A stretch of 64,000 nt of DNA from Anthoceros angustus (GCA_010909165.1 VJWM01000134.1:186001-250000); one strand, 5' to 3'; shown: positions 23,301 through 35,267, counted from the first letter of the stretch. Translations and numbers: made by a program. The notes: generated from the sequence alone by a model not told the origin.

Positions 23301-25046
23301 TCATGTTCCTTCCGACTCCTGCCTCTCCTTTGGTATACCTACTGTAGACCCGCCAAGAACGTGCCTGGCAGGCAAAGGGGCGAAGTACTTGACATAGGCG
23401 CCTTCATCCTTCTCTGTGGCATCGATTTCGACCCAGGTCCGGGTCTCCTTGGGTGGCGCTCCCCATCGCTTCCGGACCGTGGAGGCAAACTCCTTTTTGC
23501 ACCAGCGTTTCTCTACCAGACGCCCTCTGATCCTGTCCCGGAACCAAGGATCGTCCATGTTCTCCGGCTGAAAGCTAAACGGTCGTTGCCCTAAGTTAAC
23601 TCGCGTCGCCTCCTCCTTCCTGAACTGGCTGACGACGCCGGAATTGGAGATGCGCCAGGCGGGAAAGAGACGGGAGCTCAGGTGCACGGCGCCTCGTAGA
23701 AGCCACACCAGTTGGCCGTTCACAGTGAAGAAGACCTCTTGCGTGCGCCTGTTCATCCCGGCTCCCACCACGATATCGCATGTCCGCGCCCAGGACTCTC
23801 CCATGAGCTGGATCCATTCCGACGCCGAGTCGTTCTCGTCGCACTTCCAGATCTCCGCCCGCTCCCCGTGCGGGACCTGGTAGTTGGACGTCCCGTAGCC
23901 GTAGCTGAGATGCGAGGCCCGGGCGAGCTTGAATCCCATGGACGCTGCGAAGTCCGAGTAGATGACCCCCGCTCCCGGCTCCGGGCCCAGCCACAGCACC
24001 TCGAAGTAGTAGCCGGGGAAGCCGCGGAAGGAGCGCGGGCATGGCCGGTTCCCGATCTTGGTGAGCATGAAGTATCTCCCGGCATGGCCGATCCAGATGT
24101 TGTTCTGCAGGAGAGTCTCCGACGGGACGTCATCGGGATCCCGCGGTGTGGACGTAGAGAGGCTGTCGTCCGTGTCGCTCCAGCTGCTGCGGCTGCTCGC
24201 TGAAGGATTCAGCCATGGTGAACTAGGGCTGCTGGTGGTAACCCCGGGATCCTTCAGCCATGGTGAAGTAGGGCTGCTGGTGGAAACCCCGGGATCCTTC
24301 AGGCATGGTGAAGTAGGGCTGCTGGTGGAAACCCCGGGATCCTTCAGACATGGTGAAGTAGGGCTGCTGGTGGAAACCCCGGGCTGGTCGCCCCGGAGCA
24401 GACGCTGGATGTGATCCCGCGTGCTGGCGCATTCTTTGTCCAGTCTGGCCCACTGCAGGACCTGCTCGAGCTTGATCATGGCTTCGTGGAGCTCGCCGTT
24501 CTTTGCGTGCTCCAGCGCCTGCTCCCGGTGCCGAGCTCTCCGAGTTCGGCAGACTTCTTGCTGTTCGGGGAAGTTCTGGAACAGTCGCTTCCGGACGTCG
24601 ATGTCGTCCACCAGGATGTGGAGGTTCGTCATGGTTCGATCGAACGGGGACATGACGAGGGTGAACTCTTCGATGATGCTCCATCGGTTGTACGTCCTCC
24701 CGTCGTTGCATTTCACGGGATCGCACATGATTTTCCTGGTGATGGGATCGCGGAACCAGGGCACCTCTTGGCCCTTACTTTCCCCACTCCAGCCTGCGGC
24801 TTCCTGCAAGCTCAGCTCCTCAGCCTGATCCATGGCATTCCCGGGTGTGGAGGCATCTGAGAAAGTCGAGACGTGAATCGGGTGGAGGAAGGAGGCCTGG
24901 TGCAGTTGTTGCCGGAGGTAGGAAATGGCTTGATGCTGGAAGCATTTATAAGCAGAGGGACGCACTGCAGCACAGAGACCTCGCTCACAAGCAGCTGCAG
25001 CAGCAAGAAATGCAAGTAGGCAAGCGGGTATTTCCGAATCTCCCAT
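23301..25046 (-). CDS. Intronless U-box plus TPR-like helices plus Ser/Pro repeat plus SPRY-domain protein (putative E3 ligase); start could be 24833 or further upstream
   Basis: U-box FRDPITRKIMCDPVKCNDGRTYNRWSI..SP. SPRY-like YYFEV...DIVVGAGMN..TQEVFFTVNG...LFPA...VNLGQRPFSF. The frame is open from 25412. Confidence 0.75.
   Translation of the reverse strand: MGDSEIPACLLAFLAAAAACERGLCAAVRPSAYKCFQHQAISYLRQQLHQASFLHPIHVSTFSDASTPGNAMDQAEELSLQEAAGWSGESKGQEVPWFRDPITRKIMCDPVKCNDGRTYNRWSIIEEFTLVMSPFDRTMTNLHILVDDIDVRKRLFQNFPEQQEVCRTRRARHREQALEHAKNGELHEAMIKLEQVLQWARLDKECASTRDHIQRLLRGDQPGVSTSSPTSPCLKDPGVSTSSPTSPCLKDPGVSTSSPTSPWLKDPGVTTSSPSSPWLNPSASSRSSWSDTDDSLSTSTPRDPDDVPSETLLQNNIWIGHAGRYFMLTKIGNRPCPRSFRGFPGYYFEVLWLGPEPGAGVIYSDFAASMGFKLARASHLSYGYGTSNYQVPHGERAEIWKCDENDSASEWIQLMGESWARTCDIVVGAGMNRRTQEVFFTVNGQLVWLLRGAVHLSSRLFPAWRISNSGVVSQFRKEEATRVNLGQRPFSFQPENMDDPWFRDRIRGRLVEKRWCKKEFASTVRKRWGAPPKETRTWVEIDATEKDEGAYVKYFAPLPARHVLGGSTVGIPKERQESEGT
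24214..24383 (-). repeat. 45 bp coding tandem repeat, about 3.8 copies (PGVSTSSPTSP[C/W]LKD)
   Basis: Units start at 24214, 24259, 24304 and 24349. Confidence 0.95.
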
Positions 25047-25854
25047 CCCGTCTCTTACAGTGACATGTCCACCCTGAGAGCCACTAGCAGAAATAGCAAA
25101 CCGGAGACGATGGTATCTGAAGAAAAGCTTCAGTTCTGGCTGCAGCTTACGCATTAATAGCGAGACTGGAGAAAAACAAATAGTGGACATGGTTGCCTGC
25201 CGGTAACAGTCGCTAGCAGAGGATGTCCAGGTCCATGGCATCTTGGTGAATGGGATGTCAATACAGTGTCTTAGCGTGTGTCCGGGCTCACACTGGCTCA
25301 CTAAAATTTCGGAATCACAGGCAACTGCTACAAGGTCGTGCCACACTGTCATCAACAGTGTAGATGCAGAAGTATGCACATATGTACGCCAACCAGTCTC
25401 AATCCTGAGCACCTTACATCCCAGGGCCTCAGAGTACTATAGATCTACTCCTGAGGTCCAAGCCTCTTCGAGATTACTATGTAGCAGGTGATGTAAGACT
25501 GGAAGGATGTGAGCTGAGCTATCAGTATTGCAACTCGTGCACTCGACGAAGAAGATAGGGCACTAGCTCTTTTCTCCAGAACAATGGGGGAGGAGATTTC
25601 AGTCATTGCCTTCAGCAGAAAGGCGCCAGTATCAAGATGGCAGCCAGCCCAGCAAGAGGGACGACAAGTAAACGACAGGACTCGTCAATATGAATAAGTT
25701 GAAGAAATAGAAATCACTGGAATATGCACGCAGCTCCGCCTTTGGTAGGGTGTGGAAGGCTTCACATCCATCACGTTGAGCAGCTCTTGCCAAATGTTTC
25801 CACATGTTGACAGACCAGGTCTTCACAGGAGAAGTGGGCTACCTGGAGAAGAAT

Positions 25855-26548
25855 CTACCCTTGCTTACCGTCAGTCGGGGCTGGCTGCGTAAACAAGCTT
25901 TCGGACTTCGATTGGACCTGCACATGCCAAACCACAAAAAGGGTTGGAGTGTCCTCGGATATCCGGATGCTCAGGAATGTCCTCTGAGGAAAAAAATCAG
26001 CTTGAATGAGGCCAACCTTGTCCAGTACAGACTCGACAGCATCCCTCCCACCCACCAGCAATTTTGCTATCTGCAGGCACCATTCAGTTCCAGTGAGGTC
26101 CACAAACTATACTCGGCTGTGCAATAAAGACAGAAATGATTCAGACAGATACTACTTACAATCTCTGGGTCCCTCTCAAACCGAGCTGCCTCAAACTCAT
26201 TCCGTGCACTAGTCCTCAGCACATCCCTCCTGAATTCAAAACTGCTGTCTTCAAATAGGCAAGAACAGAACCCACTTGGTGCAAAAGGTCATGTGATACC
26301 ACAAACAGAAGTTCAGCTCCTTGCCAGGGCACTCCTTGATCATTTGGCCACACGAAGAGGCTAGTGGTACGAAGAATATAGCGGTACAAGCTCAACGCTT
26401 CACGCCTTGTATTTGTCAGCCTGGGAACCTCTGCTTCAACTCCCTTCACCATATGCCTCTCGAGCAGCTCCTCCAAACTACCAGGACCGTCATGCATCCT
26501 CCTGACCAGTGCCTTGAATGAAGCCCAGTGCAGATTCTTGGACGCCAT
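25855..26548 (-). CDS. CIAF1: LYR-motif mitochondrial protein, similar to Arabidopsis complex I assembly factor CIAF1, 4 exons
   Basis: HDGPGSLEELLERH..LTNTRREALSLYRYILR..W / RDVLRTSARNEFEAARFERDPEI / IAKLLVGGRDAVESVLDK / VQSK..*, joined by GT-AG introns. Matches my recollection of At1g76060. Confidence 0.8.
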
Positions 26549-26861
26549 CCGACACCCGGCCCACGAGTCCACAGACGGCTTGGCAACAGGATGCCAAAAC
26601 CCTGCAAGAGTCATTAGCGAACCGGGTGTGAGGAGAGCCATTTTTCAAATTCATCCAACATCTCTTCAACGAGAGTGCCCTGTGCGAGTGGCAAGTGCCC
26701 ATCTTCCTTTCCTGTCTGGGGATCTATCTTTGCTGTGGTCGGGGCTTCACTTGTTCAGATTGTTCGAGTAACAAACGGCTTGGTCGTGCACGGCGACTTT
26801 GGCCACAATTCCTGTTTTGACGTCCGCCCCGGGTGTTGTAGGATGCTGGCAGGTCCTGAGG

Positions 26862-29844
26862 ATGAAATACTACGGAGTACGCTCGGGCCGCACCCCTGGA
26901 GTTTATGATAATTGGGAAGAGTGCCAGCGACAGGTGAAGTAGTGTAGGTCATCCTGGACAAAGCACGTTCCTTTGGAGATCCAGCTCACGTCTTTGATTG
27001 CCACAGGTTGTGGGTTTCCACGGAAGTGACTTCAAAAGCTTCTCGACGGAAAGTGAAGCTCGGGAGTTTGTCGAGAAGGCCAAGACATGGATGGCCGCAC
27101 CCAATGGAGCATTGAACAGTGGATCAGCTAAATCTGGGACTCAGACGATCAAACTCGTGTCACTGAAGCGAAGAAAACGAAGATCGTTGACAACGACAGT
27201 GCCAGGGAGACGTTCTACCGAGCCTCCTGTAAGCTTGTTGCGGGTAGTCTTCCACACTCAAAGTGGTTGGTAAGGGTGTTCTCAACTGGATATATTCGCT
27301 GCTTTTCAGTGCATGGTGTTGCCAGCAGAGAAAGACGTGAAGTTGGAGACCAAACTGCAAACTCGATCGGTGGCCATCTCGACTGCCCGACTCGGAAAGG
27401 TATGCCGTTTGAGATGTCTTTCAACAACATTCAGCACAAGTACCGTCATATTGTGCACTACTTTTGCAAAAACTCAAATAGCTTGAATTCTGTTCTCAGA
27501 GATGACTTCTTCTGTTATCCAGGGCACATACACCGTACAGTATGATGGTGCGTCAAAAGGGAATCCAGGCAAGGCTGGTGCTGGAGCGGTTTTGCTTCAT
27601 CCAGATGGAACTCTGGTACTGCATGCTGATGTGCCTCCCTTCTTACTTGTTGAATGTAGATCAACCTACATTTGACTTGTTCTTGATGACAGGTTTGTAC
27701 GATGGCCGAGGGTCTGGGAATAGCTACAAATAATGTTGCAGAATATCGAGGTCTCATTCTTGGTCTCCGTGGAGCCTTGGAGAGGGGCATCCGACGGCTT
27801 AAAGCTCAAGGCGATTCGACTTTGGTTTGCCAGCAGGTTATGCAACAATCTGGTTCCTGTGACTCAGACCAATTAGTCAAATTTATTCTGACTTTGATTT
27901 TGGTGGTCAGGTTAGGGGAAAGTGGAAAGTGAATAGTTCCCACCTTCAACAACTGTGTGACGAAGTGAAGCTGCTTTCCAGAAGATTCGAGACGTTCTCC
28001 ATCATTCAAGTGGACAGGGTGTGTTGTTGTAAGGATCCACAAGATTCTACAAACTAATGAGGGCAAGGCATCATCTCCACATTATGACACATTATTGCCT
28101 GTGTACCATTCGTATAGGCACTTAACAGTGAGGCAGACCGGATGGCTAACGAAGGTGTGGGTCTTCCAGGTAGGAGCACATGCTTGATCGCTTTAGTCAC
28201 ATTTGGTGAAGGATTGCAGCTTTTGGTTCTATAACTCATAAACCTTCCGTGTTGTGTCGTCTAAGATTGCTATAATCTGCCTGCAGAGAAAAAGTTTCTC
28301 AGCTGGTCTGGTTCAAGAAATGACCTGGCCACAACTTCGTTAGCAAGCTCAAAAAGAGAGCAACCTGCTGCGTCAGAAAGCTCTATACCCGGTATGTTCC
28401 TTGATCTTTTCTGCTTGTGTGCAAAACCTTCTATTTGCCAAATACATGTGCCAAAGCTATGTGGTCATCCTCTTATCGCTGTTATGTGCCAGGCAACCCA
28501 ATATATGAGAGCAGTGCGGACCAGGTACTGTCCCCCTGCGTGGCTGTGTGTGCCAAGTAGGTTGTACAGTAGGTCTGCTAGCTTTGGACCTGCTGGGGCT
28601 GCTCTGCTTGGGTTGTTATCCTGTCCTTTCCATGACCTCATGCACATGGTTTTGCTCTGGACACAGGTTGCTTATATTCTAGAGTTTGATGGCATGTCGA
28701 TAGGAAGGCCTGCAAGGGCAGGTGCTGGAGCTCTTTTGCTCGATCCAGAAGGGAGAGTGGTTAGCTTCTTCAGGTCAATTGCAAGAGCTGTCATTCCTCA
28801 TGTGTCTCATTGAATCTTTTATGGACGCAAGCTTATTTCCCGCAGGTCTGCGAGTTGGTGGAGAGCGTGGGACAGGCAACGAACAGTGCAGCAGAGTATC
28901 ATGGCTTGATTCTGGGCCTTAAGGAAGCTCTGGGGAGGGGAATTTCAATACTCCATGCTCGAGGAGATTCTGATCGTGTCTGTCAGCAGGTCAGAAAAGT
29001 TCTCTCCCCCAGAAATTCCCCTCAAATTGCCACCTCATGTCATACTTCACAAGCAGTTAAGGCCGAGCAAGGATAGCCTAACTTGTTCCAGGTCACAACT
29101 TTCACCTCTGACCTGGAGCACAGCTGCTTGGTGATCGAACTGTGTCATACCATCATGCCAAGCTGCATCAAGAAGCAAAAGCATTGATACAACAGTTCTC
29201 CGGATTTTCCATCCAGTATGTCGACAATGTAAGTCCTGTATGCATGGCTGCATTGTTGTCATCATACTCTGCTGCTTTCATCCCCCTATTCCGTGCTTTA
29301 GATGCTCACCTTGTCTTCGGCTCAACGACGCAGTCACTGAATGCCCGCGCAAATGCACTTGCGAAGAAGGCATCGGCACTCTCAGGTAAATCAGCCTCGG
29401 ATTTACTTTCTGCTTTCGTTTGTGCCAGGGGAGTATTAGCTTATTCGTACTCTTTGCTGCTCCGTAGGTCTGAATGAGCTCTTAGCAAGACAACAGCATC
29501 AGGGGACCACAGCGCTGCAAGGCTGTGCAAACACAAAGCGAAAGGCAGTGACAACTGCAACGGTTCGCTCATTCTCAACGTTGCAGATGCAGGCAGCTTG
29601 TAATTCGTGTAGGAGAAGCTGCTACCGAAAAAGGCTGACCGACGGGCCAGTGTATAATCAGACATCCTCCTTCTGTGGGATCAGGAATGCAGTTTGGATG
29701 ACGAGGGTAACGGTAGGTATCCTTGGCAACCATGGGAATTGCGTTGTGTTGTATTTTGCTCACAAAATGCATTGTTGTGGCTTCAGAGAAGTGGCCGTCC
29801 GTGGTCGGTTGCTGCCAAGTTCGTCGGGCAGATATCCCTCGTAA
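26862..29844 (+). CDS. RNH1: RNase H1-like protein: N-terminal hybrid-binding (Cauli_VI) domain plus two tandem RNase HI domains, multi-exon; an upstream exon is possible
   Basis: MKYYGVRSGRTPGVYDNWEECQRQ/VVGFHGSDFKSF. Domain 1: YDGASKGNPG, TNNVAEY, GDSTLV, NSEADRMAN. Domain 2: FDGMSIGRP, TNSAAEY, GDSDRV, NARANALA. One exon of domain 2 (about 29090-29150) needs an indel correction. Confidence 0.85.
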
Positions 29845-31486
29845 GTATCTATCCGGGGTCCTCGATTTCCAGTGTCCTTGTGCGTAACGTGGACGGCCTG
29901 ATTACCTTACCTTTCAAGTCTCTTCTGTCACGCTGTTTTGCAGTTGACTGCCGGTTCCATTTGAGCTGAAGACGCTTGTCACTGCTGAAGTTCATCTTGG
30001 AGGCTGCAAGTGAGCGGAGCGTGAAACGGTTCTTGAGGCAGAAGGGGACCCTCACAGGTATGCCGGCCGCGGGCGAGTTATGATTGCCGCTCTCGAACTC
30101 TCGGGGCAGCAGATGTATTGGATTAAGCGGCATTACCAACTGCACAGTCATGCTTGCAAAGCGTGCATAGCGGCTACAAACTGTCTGTCCTTGGTGATGT
30201 TAGTCGTTCAGTCCACGACTGGAAACACACTCGTCATCAGGAAACGTGTATTAACTGTAAAACCGTTTTCCTAGTATTTCCGTAAAGCCATTTTAGCGGA
30301 GATGAAATGGATAAGCGCTGCGGCGTTGAACCAGCTCAATTTAGGTTTTCCCAAGACAACGTTGGTTTCGATTTTGCTGAAGCTCACGGTTGTGCGCTTT
30401 GACAAGCTGATCCGCATTCAGGCACTAGGCAAGAGAGTTTATAATCAGAATGACATCGGTTTAGTTCTGGGTTTAGGTGTTTAGACATATTACCAAGGAC
30501 AAGGGACAAATTGTATTACGTCACGCTCTAACGAGCCCAGGCACTGCAAGTGGGCACAGCAAACACACGTTGAGAGTGTGGCCTCGCGGGGCTGACCATG
30601 GCAGCAACAGCTCGCGAGGAGTGACGCAAGCGCAGCCAAGCTGGCGATGGGGAGAAAACGGAGGCGCGCGATTAGGGTTCCAGTTGTCGAGGTTGCTCAG
30701 GAGAGCACCCTGCACGCTGTCACAGTCTTACGTCTACGCGGCATGTCAAACAAGGAATCGAAATTCCGTCGTGCCACTTTGGCCAAGCCAGTGATGAGAC
30801 CAAGTCTTTTTTTTTTGGATAGGACCACGAGAACCGGATTCTGCCGATGTTGCTTGGGGTGCATGTCAGTTCAACTTGTCAATCCAGAGGGACTTCACGC
30901 ACGGAGCCGGGGCGTCGTCCGCGATGTTATTGAAAGAGCACAGCCACAAATATGAGCCACAAAGCATGAGCACAAGCACGGATTCATTAACCGTGACAGC
31001 GGATGGCAGCGAAGCATTTAGTCGGGGTGCGTGCGTTGTAGGTCTTAAGTCCTTCCAGGAACTCGCACTCTCTGGACTGACTCTCTACACTGCTCTGCAG
31101 ATCCCGTGTTTCACCTCAAGCCTGTGTTTACAAGGTGCTTCCACGTTTATTAGGTAGCCCTCGCAGAAGTAGCCAAACCTACCACGCTGAAGTTGGGGAG
31201 ACAGGCCTGAAGGTACGGCCCACACATAGCTTATATATGTCACTCCATGTGATGCCGCTTGGTCTCTGCCTGCAGAACTCATTGTCAGCTGACGGGCTTA
31301 GGCTACCTTTTCATCTGGCCTTGTGTTATGCTAGAAACTCGGACTCTCTGCACTGACTCTTTACACTGTTCTACACACCTCAAGCTTGTGCCCATATAAA
31401 TACTCCAAGTCGTCATATACTTGCGTGCCTCATGAGCGACCTCCTTGACACATACGCACCCATTGTAGAGCTGTTCGTCCTTGCTA

Positions 31487-31725
31487 CAAGTTCACCAATC
31501 CATGACAATCTTGAGATTCATTGCACACAAGTTCACTAATCCATGACAATCTTTAGATCCATTGCACACAGACTCACCAACCCGTGACAACCTTGAGATT
31601 CATTGCACACAAGTTCACCAATCCATGATAATCTTGAGCTTCATTGCACACAAGTTCACCAATCCATGACAATCTTGAGATTCATTGCACACAAGTTCAC
31701 CAATCCATGACAATCTTGAGATTCA
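31487..31725. repeat. 41 bp minisatellite, about 6 units (caagttcaccaatccatgacaatcttgagattcattgcaca); repeated at about 34396-34632, 36939-37176 and 39129-39369
   Basis: Head-to-tail units with no spacers. The same variant units 2 and 3 occur in all four arrays. Confidence 0.95.
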
Positions 31726-32261
31726 CTGTTTGCCCTGCACCCAGTTCAGCGTAAGGCTGGGGTTGGGTTGGGCAATGGGCAAAGATATCCAAACCTTTTC
31801 ATTAAGAAATGTTGCAGCAATCGTTTTAACATGCCAAACACGCGGATTCCCCGGTGTCGAAACTAGGTAGCTGAGGTTGCTCCCACGTGAGCACCTGCTA
31901 TTCATCGTCGTCCTACGCGTGAATTCTGGATTTCGGAGACGTTCCAAATCACAACTCAATCCTTCTCGTACACTATAACTCTGGAAAGCGGACTTGCTCC
32001 ATCTTTTAGTGTTTCCGCTGGCACAAAGGGCAAGTCCGATCCTTCCAAGTCTGTTCTCCCACTATTCCGCGGATCAAAACGAAATGTGGCCGGCCAAACC
32101 AATGGTAATAAGACCACAAACTCGAGTTTGCAACCCTGAAGCCATGGCTGTACTTTCACATCTCCAACGACCATCCGGAGTCCAACTTGAAAGCAAGGGA
32201 AAAAAATTCTCCCAGGACGGACTCCCCTGCTCGTTCCTTCGGGGAATGGTAACTATGCCCT

Positions 32262-32285
32262 CGTTCTTCCATATATGGAAGAACG
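32262..32285. promoter_or_regulatory. 24 bp perfect palindrome containing a CArG box (CCATATATGG, 32269-32278), about 90 bp upstream of the hydrolase ATG
   Basis: cgttcttccatatatggaagaacg is its own reverse complement. Function is not shown. Confidence 0.4.
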
Positions 32286-32374
32286 GTGTGGTGGATTAGG
32301 TCACCAATTTCACTGAGGTGTCCAGTGTTGTTTACGGAGCTCTCTGTTGAGATTGGCTTGGTGGCTTTTCCAGA

Positions 32375-33352
32375 ATGGTTGCTGTAGAGTACAGCACCGT
32401 GGATGGTGAAGATGGCGTCTCCCTAGCAGTGCGAGTATACAAGCCGGATGCATCAGAGGGGGCTAAGCAGCTGGTGCTGGTGCTGGTGCATCAGTACTCA
32501 GTTTTGGGGGGCTGTCAAGGGCTGCTAAAGGGCATGGCCACCGAGCTTGCAAGGCGAGGCTACACGACCATCACCTTTGACATGAGGGGTGTCGGTCGGT
32601 CCACCGGCCGAGCTACCATCACTGGATTTGCAGAGGTGCGAGATGTTGTGGCTGTGTGCCGCTGGGCCGTGGAGCATGTTCCCGCACCTGAGGTTCTGCT
32701 TGTGGGATCAGGAATGCAGTTTTGGATGACGAGGGTAACGGTAGGTATCCTTGGCAACCATGGAATTGCGTTGTGTTGTATTTTGCTCACAAAATGCATT
32801 GTTGTGGCTGTGTGCCGCTGGGCCGTGGAGCATGTTCCCGCACCTGAGGTTCTGCTTGTGGGATCTTCAGCTGGTGAGACCCAACTTCCCTGTTGTTAGA
32901 AGGGTCTTGGATCGGCATCTGCTCAGGTCATCAGATGTGAAAGAACCTGCTGCACAAAGCCTGGGATGACATACGTTTCTCCATTATCAGTTTCTGGCTT
33001 CCTGGTGTCTAAAACTGCCGTTGTTGTTTCAGGTGCTCCTATAGCAGGTTCGGCTGTGGATGAAGTGCCTGAAGTGCAAGGGTACGTAGCTCTTGGATAC
33101 CCATTCGGCTTGGCTTCCATTCTCTTTGGGAGGCACCACAAGTATGTTCTGCAGTCTACGAAGCCAAAGCTCTTTGTCATGGGCACTAGTGATGGCTTCA
33201 CCACTGTGAAGCAACTGCAATCTAAGTTGAAAACAGCTGCTGGAAGGGTAGAGACGCAGCTGGTTCCAGGAGTTGGCCATTTCGAGATGGAGGGACCCCA
33301 GTATGACGAGCAAATGGCTTTGTATGTTGCACAGTTTGCGGAGAGTTTATAA
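32375..33352 (+). CDS. Alpha/beta-hydrolase (At5g19630-like), copy 1, 2 exons, with an in-frame foreign insertion
   Basis: LVHQYSVLGGCQGLLKG, FDMRGVGRSTGRA, nucleophile GSSA/G split by the intron, MGTSDGFT and GHFEMEGP (Ser-Asp-His triad). Confidence 0.85.
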
Positions 33353-35267
33353 TCAGAATGACATCGGTTTAGTTCTGGGTTTAGGTGTTTAGACATATTA
33401 CCAAGGACAAGGGACAAATTGTATTACGTCACGCTCTAACGAGCCCAGGCACTGCAAGTGGGCACAGCAAAACACACGTTGAGAGTGTGGCCTCGCGGGG
33501 CTGACCATGGCAGCAACAGCTCGCGAGGAGTGACGCAAGCGCAGCCAAGCTGGCGATGGGGAGAAAACGGAGGCGCGCGATTAGGGTTCCAGTTGTCGAG
33601 GTTGCTCAGAGAGCACCCTGCACGCTGTCACAGTCTTACGTCTACGCGGCATGTCAAACAAGGAATCGAAATTCCGTCGTGCCACTTTGGCCAAGCCAGT
33701 GATGAGACCAAGTCTTTTTTTTTTGGATAGGACCACGAGAACCGGATTCTGCCGATGTTGCTTGGGGTGCATGTCAGTTCAACTTGTCAATCCAGAGGGA
33801 CTTCACGCACGGAGCCGGGGCGTCGTCCGCGATGTTATTGAAAGAGCACAGCCACAAATATGAGCCACAAAGCATGAGCACAAGCACGGATTCATTAACC
33901 GTGACAGCGGATGGCAGCGAAGCATTTAGTCGGGGTGCGTGCGTTGTAGGTCTTAAGTCCTTCCAGGAACTCGCACTCTCTGGACTGACTCTCTACACTG
34001 CTCTGCAGATCCCGTGTTTCACCTCAAGCCTGTGTTTACAAGGTGCTTCCACGTTTATTAGGTAGCCCTCGCAGAAGTAGCCAAACCTACCACGCTGAAG
34101 TTGGGGAGACAGGCCTGAAGGTACGGCCCACACATAGCTTATATATGTCACTCCATGTGATGCCGCTTGGTCTCTGCCTGCAGAACTCATTGTCAGCTGA
34201 CGGGCTTAGGCTACCTTTCATCTGGCCTTGTGTTATGCTAGAAACTCGGACTCTCTGCACTGACTCTTTACACTGTTCTACACACCTCAAGCTTGTGCCC
34301 ATATAAATACTCCAAGTCGTCATATACTTGCGTGCCTCATGGAGCGACCTCCTTGACACATACGCACCCATTGTAGAGCTGTTCGTCCTTGCTACAAGTT
34401 CACCAATCCATGACAATCTTGAGATTCATTGCACACAAGTTCACTAATCCATGACAATCTTTAGATCCATTGCACACAGACTCACCAACCCGTGACAACC
34501 TTGAGATTCATTGCACACAAGTTCACCAATCCATGACAATCTTGAGATTCATTGCACACAAGTTCACCAATCCATGACAATCTTGAGATTCATTGCACAC
34601 AAGTTCACCAATCCATGACAATCTTGAGATTCACTGTTTGCCCTGCACCCAGTTCAGCGTAAGGCTGGGTTGGGCAATGGGCAAAGATATCCAAACCTTT
34701 TCATTAAGAAATGTTGCAGCAATCGTTTTAATATGCCAAACACGCGGATTCCCCGGTGTCGAAACTAGGTAGCTGAGGTTGCTCCCACGTGAGCACCTGC
34801 TATTCATCGTCGTCCTACGCGTGAATTCTGGATTTCGGAGACGTTCCAAATCACAACTCAATCCTTCTCGTACACTATAACTCGGGGCGGACTTGCTCCA
34901 TCTTTTAGTGTTTCCGCTGGCACAAAGGGCAAGTCCGATCCTTCCAAGTCTGTTCTCCCACTATTCCGCGGATCAAAACGAAATGTGGCCGGCCAAACCA
35001 ATGGTAATAAGACCACAAACTCGAGTTTGCAACCCTGAAGCCATGGCTGTACTTTCACATCTCCAACGACCATCCGGAGTCCAACTTGAAAGCAAGGGAA
35101 AAAATTCTCCCAGGACGGACTCCTGCTCGTTCCTTCGGGGAATGGTAACTATGCCCTCGTTCTTCCATATATGGAAGAACGGTGTGGTGGATTAGGTCAC
35201 CTCACTGAGGTGTCCAGTGTTGTTTACGGAGCTCTCTGTTGAGATTGGCTTGGTGGCTTTTTCCAGA

